In this document: in pieces, positions 11,901 through 23,884 of the stretch
How positions within the stretch are numbered: the stretch's first letter is position 1
How the letters are laid out: every line of letters begins with the position of its first letter
Source of the DNA: Zygophlyctis sp. KS116
Lineage: Eukaryota; Fungi; Chytridiomycota
Direction of reading: 5' to 3'
Assembly: GCA_054661495.1 (NCBI GenBank)
Contig: BAAFSQ010000043.1
Coordinates: 23,893-55,892 of the forward strand
Length of the DNA: 32,000 bases
Program-made: the position numbers and the translations under genes
Notes under the pieces: generated by a model
Databases searched by the model: none
The model's input: only the letters and a program-made list of their open reading frames with translations
What the model was told of the DNA's origin: nothing

Positions 11901-14900
11901 ATGGATCTATGTAGGGATGAAGAGATTTATAATTTAGAAAAAATGTTCGGACATGTCAGCGGAGGGGAAAGGCCAGGCGGTGCCACAACTATGAAATTAA
12001 GTGATATATTGGATGGGGTGATTGCATCTAATTATTCTGGATTAGGATCACTAAACGGAGATAGATTGCAATTATTGGATTATATTTCTAATGCCAAGAG
12101 AGATATCGGGAAACTATTGGTACTGGTAAAGAGCATAAAGGCTTTTGGAAATTATGATTCAGTTCAGAAATGTATAGAGTTTATAAAGAGTAAAGATTCA
12201 TATATTGAAAAGGCTGCAAACGATTTATATCATATGAAGGGCGAATTGGTTAGTGCAAAGTTGCCATTATTTGATCTAATCACGGCGATTCAGGTTTTAC
12301 AATTAAAGAAATATCCTCTGCCATTGGTATTACAATCTGCTTTTGAGGATTTTGATATGGGAGATGACGATGAAAAAACAACTTATCTTCATAGAGTCAT
12401 GGGAATGAGGTTAATGACTAATGATTATTTGCCAAGGAGTTTAACGGGGCTAAAGTTTAGTAATATCAATTTACTTAATATTAGATAAAGGTTATTTGCA
12501 ATTTAATGTTTTGGATTGCTTTCAAGTAAGGATTTTTTTAGAGGTTAATGGGATAAATTGGAGATTAGCTCAAGTGGTTGCATTGGTACAATCAAATCAG
12601 CAAAATTATCCAGGATTAAATAATCCATTGTCTGAAAAGATGATGGAAACTATTGCTAAAGGTGCACAAAATAAGTTGGATCTGGGAGGTACTTCTGCTC
12701 TTTTAGAGCTCTCAAAGTATTTGAGTAAACTGGGAATTCAGTTAATGTTGGAAACTATTTTGGCTCAGTCTGATTTTCTATCAAAAACGCGATGGTCAAA
12801 GTCTCTTAGTGTTGACTCTTCAGAATTAAATAATCTAAGAATATTTTTTTGGGCGTCTAATTCTAAATCTTTTAAAAGATTTGTTCTTTTTGCAATCAAG
12901 GAAACAAAGTCTATTCTATCTGAAGATGTGACAATCAATGCAAAGTATCCAAATCTTTATCTATCAGAAGAAATTATGTATTCTCTTCGAATCGATTTAA
13001 AAATAATTGGAAAAGATGATTTGGCTCATGATATTTTGTCTGAGTCGGCAAAGAAAAAAATTCATTCTATTGTTTTGGTAAAATGACATTTTTTTATGTT
13101 TTAGGATCCAAAGAATTTAGATCTGGAAGAATATCTATATCAAGTTACAGAAACAACTGCCTCATTGCTCTTGGATGAGTTTTTGATAACCCTTTTAAAT
13201 TCACTGGAATATAATCAGGGCTTTTTCAAGGCAGAAATCATTAATGACTCTCTCAAGATTGATTTCTTGGGTCAATTTTCATTAAGTATTTTTGTGGATA
13301 GTATTTCTGGGCGTATTCGTGTGGGATCCGATGAAAATGCGGCGACTGTTCCTTTACTTTCGCTTTTTGAAGATAAAATTAATGAAAGTAACACTGATAT
13401 TGTCCATTTACTGATGTTTTTACTTTACGAGGTAATATATTGGCTGATTTATAACTCTAGAATATTATGATATCTATAAAAGTGATTGCTACAAGTAATA
13501 AACTATACCCTATTAAAGAGCCATCGATTGATAAGCAGAGTAATTATATTCACGGTAATTTCTAGGTATGACTCCATTTTTGAAGTTACTCCCGACATTT
13601 CAGAGGCATTTTGTTTTTTTGTTTTTCAAAGATTATCCGGGACAATATATCGCAATCGCTGTTGCTGGCTCACAAGATTGGGCTGATATTGATAACAATA
13701 CTGTAAATATCCAGAGAAACATCAATGATATGGAAATTCGTATGTGGACGATCAATGCACGGTATGATGTTGAGATTAATTGTTAGGCCTTCTGAAAATT
13801 CAAAAGATTTGGTCATTGAAGATATTTCTCCTTTGGATAAAAATCATAAAACCATTCTTGATATTCATTCATACTCTTCTTCCAGATTTAATCTTCCAGC
13901 TCTCGCGGACATTTCAGAAAGGATTTACATTAAGCTGATTTATCGTGATTTCATCCAGGAAGTATCTCGTTCAAATTCGAATTTCAAGTATTTGGATTTT
14001 AAATCTCAAAGTCTTGAAGTTTTATCAAAAATTCATTTAATCACCAATTTTTCCAATCAGCCAAAACTTGTTATTGATTTAGATGATCTTGTAGGAATGC
14101 CTCTATGCCATATTTGTAGCCCGTTATTTCTACATTTGATTGAAAACGACACAGGCGAAATTTACGTTCAAGGGAAGGCCCTCATTCGTAGTCCAAATAC
14201 TTTCAGCTCGATCATTTTTAGTAACATTCAATAATTCGGGACTAACCAATAGATGTTGATCATCTTAATTATGATAAAGAAATTGGCGTGATTCTTTTTT
14301 CCCTTAATAGAAGCGGGTCTTTAAGTTCTCGATTAAAAAGGATATTATTTTCCTTTTCAAAATTGATGAGTATCACATCTGTTTGTAAGTTTCAATCTCT
14401 TAAAACTAGTACAAATTCACCAGAATAAACTTTCAATGTTCAATATTTCCATTTTGGAATACAGTTTTGATTACATAATTATATCCATGTGCGAAATCGA
14501 GTTGAAAATTTTGTTTAAAGATTCTCAAGAAGAAGGATCAGATCTGGTTATTGGGGTGGAATTGTGTAAAGAGCCGAAATTCCAAGCACATGCAATGAAA
14601 AGCTTTATATTCTTTTTGCAGAAAGCTTTGAACAGCTCCATGCACATTTCAGAGATCATTTATGTAACATAAATCATTCATTTATATATAGATGTCCTCA
14701 ATGCAACTCTTATTTTTTAGGCTTTTGAAAGATGCAGTAAAAGATGTGGACTACTCAAATGCATGGGGTTCGCCAATGCCTTCGCTAATAGATATTGTGC
14801 CGCGTTCTTTAAAGAAAATGCAGGTGTATATCATTCGCAAATGGGCATTCAGTTTAGATTTTACTACTAATTGTATTATTATAACGGACTCCTTTGCAAA

Positions 14901-15985
14901 AAAAGAAAATCGGGTGGGCAAGTTTGGACCGTTTCCTACGACTAATTTTATGTGGAATGATGCCATATCTATTCCAAAATCTTTTAAAATGAGCATACAA
15001 GACGGTATCTTATTCAATATTCATGGGATCTCTTGCTTCATGTCATCATTTACAAATCATTTGAAACTTTGGAGTGTATTTCAATTTTTAGAAACCAGCT
15101 TACTTAAATGTCAATCTGAGGCAACATTTGTAAGTTAAAATTATTAATACTTTATAGCAAATTGATACAATTTTAAATGAAGAATTAAAAACCAGGATCG
15201 GCTGGACAACTAAATACGTTCAAGCTGCTATATCCTTTAAAGAAGATGAAAATCTTTGGCATGCAGTAATTGTTCCTCATAATAAAGAATTAATGGCTCC
15301 ATTACAAATGGCTCCGATGGACTCTAAAATTCTGTCAGAAGTTCTTTCATCAAAGGTAGGGTCCGTAATATTAACTTTATAGCTTAATTCCCTTTCCGGA
15401 TCGCCGTTTTCCTCCTTTATAAACCTGATTGATTGTATAATTTCTCTATCTGTAGTACCAATGCTTGTATTAAGAGATTTTATTCAGTTAACAAAGTGGG
15501 AACTTGGATCTTCTAATAGTAATTTAGGAGTAGAATGGATATTTTCTATTCCTGATGAATCAAGTCTAGATTTCATCAAACTAAATCAGATGTTCCCATT
15601 CAAAATTGATAAGAAAAAATCAATCATATATTTTGTTGTAACTTTTTATTATTATAATGTATAGCTTAAATTCTTTCAAAGATCAACTCCTACATCATCC
15701 ATCTGGATCCCTTTTAAGTATAATTTTACAACTGGTATGATTAATCGTTGGACTCATCCCTCACATCCAAACGATTTTACAGACTATGATATCGATAGTG
15801 AAGCATTAAAGGAAAAATCCGCATCAATTTCTTCTGGCTCATTTCTAAATTCACAATCATTTCTTGATCGTACTCTAGCCCAAGCATCATCTAAATCTGT
15901 TCCTATTGCATTAGGAGGACCTGGTAAAATATTTGTGGTTGTAAAGCATTTATCTTCAAAAAACTTGCAAGATTTAAGATTTTAA
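11901..15985 (+). CDS. MED14: Mediator complex subunit 14 (Rgr1)
   Basis: Med14 N-domain motifs KLLVLVK, AKLPLFDLITAIQVL..YP.LP and GYLQFNV..FQV....WRL. Eleven introns start at 12460, 13078, 13432, 13540, 13762, 14221, 14385, 14664, 15130, 15356 and 15638 (25-32 nt) and keep the frame open. The start codon is uncertain (11901, 11942 or 11991). Confidence 0.8.
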
Positions 15986-16115
15986 ATTGTCTATGGAACC
16001 GCTACTGAATCTTAATATTAAAAATATCCAAAATCTAATAAAATATCGTAAAATCAATCTGCAGTCCGATTGTTTTCCGATCGTACAATCTGAAAGAAAG
16101 CGTGTCAGGTCTAAA

Positions 16116-16634
<519 letters not shown>

Positions 16635-16638
<4 letters not shown>

Positions 16639-19600
16639 GTCTGTACTGATTTTATATAATCTTCATATAGAGATATCAGCTGGAATAACTGATTATAAAG
16701 AAACTATAATAAGATAACAACTATTACCTGAAGATAATCTTCGTCCTTCTCTTCTAAAATGTCTTGATATTCCATTATCTCTTGTAAAAAGTTGTGTTGA
16801 GAATTCAAGATAGAAAGTCCCTTGTTAATGACTGATAAAGATTGAATTGGAAGGTATAATGAGCTATAATGATAAATGACAATGCTAATTTCTTGGAGCA
16901 TATCGTGGATATAAATTCTTAATTTAAGTTTAAAAATGTACCTCTTGTCTTGTAGAGTTTTTGATTCTAGATTGTTAAAGTCTTGAGATCTAGATAATGC
17001 TTTCAAAAGTGTAGATTTTATCCATGATTCAGATCGCTATAATAAATCAAATTAAAACATACCCATTTAGAATGAAAACTCTCGTGAAATGTGATTGAAC
17101 GGATATGTAAATTAACTAGCTTATCATCAAAGGCATTAATTAAGCAAGGAAAAGCTCTGGGTAGAGATAGCCAAGAATCATTTAAGTTATGAGGAAAAGG
17201 TATTTCTAGAAAATTAAAAAAGTTGATGATTAGCTTACTTGGAGGTACGGAGTTGATATCACTAGTATTGGGACCATCAAATACAATTGTATCGCGAATT
17301 CTAAAGGATTCATCAGTTAGAAATTCAACAATTTCCTTTTGTAATGTGAGAATAGATCGGTTTCTTTTTGCCTTGATGCATTCATCAAAGAATAAAATGG
17401 ATGGATCTTGTTCGCACATATTTGGATGTCTTCCTCTAATAAACACATAGAATGACTGAGATTTTGTAAATCGTTTCATGAATAGTCTAGATTCAAAATC
17501 TAGATCTAAGAGAAAATCTTGAGTTTGATAAATATGCTTCAAGGATTCATTGTCTTCCATCGCACATTTATTTTCTGGAAAAGTGAAAAACTGCTGATAA
17601 TTCCGCATTATGGAAGTAAAAACATTCAAAAATGCATGTCTGATTTTAGTAACATCAAACCTTTTTGGACATGGAAAAGCATCCATTACATCTAAGCATT
17701 CTTGATGAATCTTTGAATCACATTCTTTGATTTTAAGCTACAGAATATACCTTTGCATACTAGAAACCAATCCTGATTGATAACTTGTCGACATAATTTA
17801 CAATGTTTTGATTTATCCTGTTTTATATATCTTCTAGCATATTTTGCAAAAGCTTCGGCATTTTCATTCAGATAAGAAGAATCCGATATTTTATCATCCA
17901 CATTGCCGGGTATTGCATTCGGATGCACGGCTTTTCTATTCACAAAAAGATGACCGTGACAATCAATACCATCATCAGTCTTGATTGAGATAATACTGTT
18001 CAATTGGGAAGGCTTATTCTTTGTTCTAAATTTGAACGAGAAAGATTTTGATGGAAACGATTTTCGAAAGCTAGAAGTGCTTTGGATCGAGATATTTGAA
18101 AGAGAGACGGTAGACTATTAATTACCCAAAGAATATATACCTCTCGCTTGTTCAACGGAGAAGGCTCCGAAGAAATAGAACTTATAGATTTGGTATCTAG
18201 GGAATGATGATGCTTGTAGTCTGGTATTAAGTCACTCATAGGAGATTGAGTTTTCCCTGATGGCAATTGTGGTAAATCATCACGATCTACAGATTGTGCA
18301 ATACCAGTATCCAAGCTGTCCAATCTCGAAGAAAATGAGCACAAGCTGACATGTTTCCCATTAGGAAATGTTTGGTTGAACGTTATCATGCTTTCCAAGG
18401 TATTTCCAGTATTTGTGGGTATAAACTTTTGAATTCTAGAAATCAGCTTTCTTTTTTCTCGTGTTGGCAAGTATAATGAGCGACCCGAACTTGTAATTTT
18501 GTCATTATCAAGATCAATAAGAACAGCATCCGAAGGCCTATTTTCTTGTTCTATGGGGGTATCAAAATATTCTCTATTGATTCCGACTAGAAATGGTACT
18601 GGAGCTTGTAAATAACTAAGCATCCTTGACGGCAGAATCGGAATATATATATGATCCCAAGTAAACGGAAAACACAATGCTAAAATAGCTTCACATGCAA
18701 ATGTCAAGATATTAGAATATGATGATATAACAATGATTTTGCGCTCCATAAGTAAAAATTCCATAAACATTATTACATGATCTACAGATAATGAATGAAA
18801 TAAAGGATAAAATGAAAACTATCGAATTATGATTGGTATAACATACATTTGTAAGTATTGGAAAATCATTTACAGCTGGACGTGAACAAAAAAGTGTTAA
18901 ATTTCCAATTGGAAAAGCCATTTCTACTTTTCCACTAACAGGAAAAGGCAGCTCATCAATTAGATGAACAATGTACCTAACGTTAAGTTAATTAATAGAA
19001 CCTTTCCAGTGGAATTGTAGTATCTGAATGGCGTACAAGTATCAACTCTCTCAACCAATCCGTTAGCAATTGAAACCATGGCCACCTACTCAATACTCCA
19101 ATGCACCTACTAAATCAATATAATAGAATCAAACCGTGGAAGATAAACCTTTTTTGCATCAGAGATACCATGATATTTCATCGGACGCACCAATTGTTCC
19201 AGAATATTAACATTTTCCAATGCGTCATTACTAGCCTTTTCTAACTGCTTATCTGATGGATTATTTTGATATCCTTGAGTGAGCCTTGTCAACTTTTGTT
19301 TAGCGTTTTCCAATTGTATTTTCATATGCTTTGCGAATTCAAGTTCATCAGTCTTAAAATTATAAAACAGAATATACAGTATGTTGGCTATGAAATACAT
19401 TTAATAATTCGTCTAGTTCGGTTGCATGATCACCAGACAACATTTCATGGATGGTAACCGTTACGCCATAATATCGGACACCTCCTTTTCCAGTCACAAC
19501 CTTTTATGAATAAATAAATCATACAAATGAGTGAAATGTATCAATAGGAGATGCTTCTTGTGAGTGTATCAGTTTTAAATCATTTGGAAAACAAAACTAT

Positions 19601-19845
19601 AGTTGGCAAAGGTTGGCGTCGTACCATTGGTAAGAATTCATTAAAAGGAATATCTGAATATTCAGTCTCTGGATATCGCATTATCAAGCGAGGGATATAT
19701 ATATGCTGAATTGGGTGAATATCTTCTGCGTTTCAATAATGGTAAAAATACCAGATAAAGTATTTACTCTGCATGAATCAAGAGTCGACAATGATGGTAA
19801 TCCAACTTGAAAAAAGTAATCCGCTAATCTTGCCTCTCTCGCCAT
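16635..19845 (-). CDS. DENN-domain Rab GEF (uDENN-cDENN-C1-dDENN)
   Basis: RLADYFFQVG, FCFP, HSFVVT...YG, CIGVLSRWPWF, LLMERKIIVIS and HIYIPILP...LQAPVPFLVGI; a C1-type H/C pattern; IRHAFLNVF. Thirteen introns of 24-33 nt (e.g. 19726-19751, 19107-19134, 17725-17750, 16704-16727). The last exon is inferred from frame only. Confidence 0.88.
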
Positions 19846-20045
19846 CAATTAGCGGCCGTCGGAGAGTTGCTCAAGTATGACGTACTTTAATCAGTTTAAG
19901 TTTGGTCTTGTAGTATGTTCAATGTCAAAATTATGATGTCAACTAAAATAAGTCTGTACATGAAGCTCTAAAGGAAAAATAGATCTCTAAAGACACGATA
20001 TCCATAAGATAATCGGACATGGTCAGTAAATGCTCAAGCTTTATA

Positions 20046-21756
20046 TTATTTGTAAACAGCGATTTTATCCAATGTAAGGGGTAGCTTGCACATTAGACAT
20101 ACAGGATGCAATTCATCTGCGCAGAAATTCAGCCAGTTTCTTAAATCAAAAAACTAAATTATGAGTCTAAAATTATAAAATACCTCTAAATGCAAACAAT
20201 TACGGCCTTTAATTGGGATTTCCATTTGTTTATTTGATATATGACAAGTCATACTGAAAACTGCTGACCTAAAGTCAGCGTCTTCCCAAGAAGGATCAAG
20301 TGTTATGTTATTAGTTAAAATGTCCTCTGTTGCTTTTTGTCGTGTAAGTAAGGCCACAATTCGTAATTCAAAAACATATTTTACTTTTCTAGTTGATTGA
20401 AATCTTAGAGTTAATAGATTATCTTCCACTTTTAAAAAGTTTGAAATGGTTGGTGGATGATTTTCAGTGATATAGAAGTTATTAAGGTGTTTTTTTAATC
20501 CTGGGTCAGGATCTGTTGGGATTTTGAAAGAATTTAATTGTGCGCCGATTCCTGTTGGCCATTTAAGTCTTTTATGTACGTCTGGTTCTTCATAGCAATA
20601 AAGTTGCAAAATAAATTCTGTCATTGATATTTTTGTATCAAATCTACGGCATTTTTCCCGTGAAATTGAGAAACTGACATTAACAAATTTTGCATCTGGC
20701 ATAATTACTATTGGATCTATAAACGTTCCAATTACTTTAGAAAATCTTTGCACTCCTTGCCTGCTCATTTTAGAAGTAATTGCAATCTTTTTAGCAAATT
20801 CAAACCGTTGCTGCAATCTATGAAAAGGTCCGACATCCTGATCTACCACCCGAGAAGATTCATTACAGGCTTTTGATTTAATTTTTGATTCTTCCAAAGA
20901 TTTTTGGTTTCTAGAAACATTTGAATGGATTATTGTCTTTAGTACTTCAATCCAAGGCTTAATATCTCTAAGCAAACTAAATCCTCGAAAGACATCATTT
21001 TCTTCAATTTCATGGAGAATACAATATGCTGAATATGTATTATATTCTTCCTTTACTGCCAATTCAAGAACATCCTATTTTTAAATTTTTCAAATTACAG
21101 AGAGAAGGTTGGTTAATATATCTACTTCATATTGATCAATTTCATAACAGATTCCTTTTAACCACTTAGAAATTCCTGCACAAGCATATCTATAACCGTG
21201 AGTAGTATATAGTTTATTGTGCAATTCTTTTAATATTATCAAATCTTTATCTCTTAGACTATAGATATATCCATCATAAGAATTGACCAAATTACTGATT
21301 GGCACTTTTGATACATGGGATTTTGGCAGGATTTTGCTTTCATGTTCTCTTGTGTCATCAGTTTTGATCTTATCATTTTGAATTGAATTCATATAGGCTG
21401 ATAGCTTTTCTTCATCTGAATCATTCATTAATGTTTCTATCGATAATCTCTTTACTTGCATTGGCTTCTCTTTCGGAGATTGATATTGTAGATTATTTGC
21501 ATTACTCTTAATTGCGGGGAGAGTAGATAACAATCTATCATGTCCGATTTGAATCATTGGAGCATGTGGATGACATCCAAGAGTCTGATGAAATGGCTGA
21601 TGATGGTAGATCTGCCCTTGACTATTATTTGTATATCTATTTATTATCTTATAATTCTTACGGCTGAAATCTATTACTCTTAATCTTTAACTCTGATTCA
21701 ACTCTCCTATGATGAGGTATTGGAGTAAATAATCTAGGATTTTGCCCAAATGACAT
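20046..21756 (-). CDS. SP-RING (zf-MIZ) SIZ/PIAS-like SUMO E3 ligase family protein
   Basis: SMTCHISNKQMEIPIKGRNCLHLE|FFD...VCLMC SP-RING pattern, preceded by a PINIT-like region (LKWP..I...LN). Introns 21637-21661, 21075-21098 and 20154-20183. Confidence 0.75.
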
Positions 21757-21764
21757 TTATATGA

Positions 21765-21850
21765 TGATGTCACTCCTAAATGACGTTGTAAATCCCCCTA
21801 TTTACCGTTGCAGGTTAGGCATGACGTATGAATGACGTATGAATGACATC
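21765..21850. promoter_or_regulatory. Cluster of CRE/ATF-like motifs upstream of the SP-RING gene
   Basis: ATGACGT at 21780, 21821 and 21832 (11-bp tandem ATGACGTATGA), plus TGATGTCA and ATGACATC variants, all within 100 bp of the ATG at 21756. Confidence 0.5.
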
Positions 21851-21992
21851 GGCTGTACGGATGAATTACAAATAAGTGCGCCTCCGTATTTAATAACTAT
21901 TGGTAGTAACTATCCATCTATCTTATTTATTCGGACAACGCTCAAACAACCGAGAGATCAACGTTGGGAAAAACTGTCAAAACAAATAATAT

Positions 21993-22751
21993 TTATCCTT
22001 TTAACGACAAAGACTCTAAATTCCTTTCATTCTGCTCAATTTCAGAGTCTCCCCGTTCTTCTATTTGATCATAATACAAAATCCATTCCTTCTTAATCCT
22101 TGTCCACGTAGATGGATCAAAAAACACATATATTCCTCTTTCACATCCAGGACCTTTAATTGTAGTTTCCTATACAATAAATTTTCTAAAATAAAATACA
22201 ATTGAAGGATCCTTTGATAACCATAATTTCAATTCTTTGTGATACCTCCAACTCCTTCCATACAACTCTTGCGCAGCTGCTTCTTGCATTGCATCTCTAG
22301 GAAATGCATAAAAGATATAAAACAATGTTTCATCTGAATAAGAAGACATTTTAGGAATTACTTGAGAGAGACAATAAACAGGAGAAAGAGAAAATTCAGG
22401 TTCTGCTCCAATCATTGGCTGATCAGAGAATGGCGACATGAAAGATTGATAAATATGTTCAGAGCCATTCAAATTTAATCCCAATGCACTTAAATCTGTT
22501 CCCAACGATAGTGTACTCAAGTCTTCGTTTGTCATTCTGACCAGATCTATTAATCCCAAAAGTCCGAATTTATCCTGCTCTTTTGTTTTCGAAGGAACAA
22601 ATCCCATACTCGGACCACCGCCTCCTCCAACAGCTTTAGAAAACTCAAAATCTTTTACAAAGAGAGACTCTGAAGACTTACCAAGGGCGGGAAAGTCTTC
22701 TAAAGTCAAGTCTTTCTTTGCGGCTGATGCAACATTTGAAAATGACTCCAT
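21993..22751 (-). CDS. NOT2: CCR4-NOT complex subunit NOT2
   Basis: EDFPAL, DKFGLLGL, LGTDLSALGLNLN, DETLFYIFY, ELYGRSWRYHK and, after intron 22170-22199, ERGIYVFFDPSTW. Confidence 0.95.
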
Positions 22752-22890
22752 TTTACTCCAAGAATAAACTCAAGATTAATTTCTGAGAGGTCTGAGTCTA
22801 GTCGCCTTGAAGGCCGAGTGTCAGGTTGGAGGCGGTCAAAGTTTAGTCATTTAAGGATTTTTTTAAAAGGTAGTATTATACATTTAAAGT

Positions 22891-23670
22891 TTAAATCTCT
22901 GAATTCAAAAGATCAGACTTGACAGTTGGAAAATCAATTGTCAATTCTCTAAATGCATAATCAAAATCAGTTGTTGAGCCCAGTTGAGTATCGAGGGCCG
23001 GGGTAGCTAGTCCGAAATCAATCAGTTTAATTCCATCTCTTGTAACTATTGCATTGAGAGGGGATGCATCATTATGAGCATAGCCGGTTTCAAATGCAAA
23101 TGTAACAACTGCTTCTAGATATTCTAATGATAATTTTGTCAAGAGTTGTCTTTCTTTAGGAACCGATGGATTAATTGATTCTAAAACAGAATGCAAAACA
23201 GGTCCTTGTAAATAATCCTGAACGACTACCAACAAATCATCATCGGAACATATATACCGATCAAGTCTTTTTAAAACGGTAATTTCTCTAAGAAATGCTT
23301 CCCTTGGATTACAAAATGTAGAAAAAGGATTGTAAATCTTGACGACAACTTTCTTGTCAAGAGTTTCTCCAATGAATGCAGATCCTTGACTTCCTTGGCC
23401 AAGTCTGGATTTCAATACAACTACAAGACTACCAATGATGATTTGTTTTCCACAAACAGACTCTGAATCATTCAGAATTAGACTTAGTAGATCAATAGGA
23501 GATAGGGAGTGATTGGCTGGATGTAAACTAGTCTTTATTCCATCAAAGTTGAAGGAAGTTTCTACTATTTTGATTGCTGCATTGGAAAATGTTGATAATG
23601 CATTGGTTTCAAGTCCAGGGAATCTAGCTAGAAGAGATATCAATAGTAGATCGGAGATCTTTGTATACAT
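22891..23670 (-). CDS. Intronless atypical protein-kinase-fold protein with a truncated C-lobe and a possible signal peptide
   Basis: LGQGSQGSAF Gly loop, VVVK, FLREI helix-C Glu, HNDASPLN catalytic loop and IDFGLA. It ends about 40 aa after DFG without an APE motif. Confidence 0.8.
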   Translation of the reverse strand: MYTKISDLLLISLLARFPGLETNALSTFSNAAIKIVETSFNFDGIKTSLHPANHSLSPIDLLSLILNDSESVCGKQIIIGSLVVVLKSRLGQGSQGSAFIGETLDKKVVVKIYNPFSTFCNPREAFLREITVLKRLDRYICSDDDLLVVVQDYLQGPVLHSVLESINPSVPKERQLLTKLSLEYLEAVVTFAFETGYAHNDASPLNAIVTRDGIKLIDFGLATPALDTQLGSTTDFDYAFRELTIDFPTVKSDLLNSEI

Positions 23671-23884
23671 TTAAAAAAGCCGCCACAAGTCATGTGTAAC
23701 AGCAATATCTGAGACAATGATCGGGTCACAATGAATCTCTGATAATAATGGCTATATTGACTCTATTATTTTTTAAGAAAGTGGATACAAGATCTTATAT
23801 TGTTGTATTAATGAAGAGTGGAAGAATGTGTACCGCTAGTCAAAGTTTTTAGAATTCAATAATAGATTTTAATCATTTGCTTCT

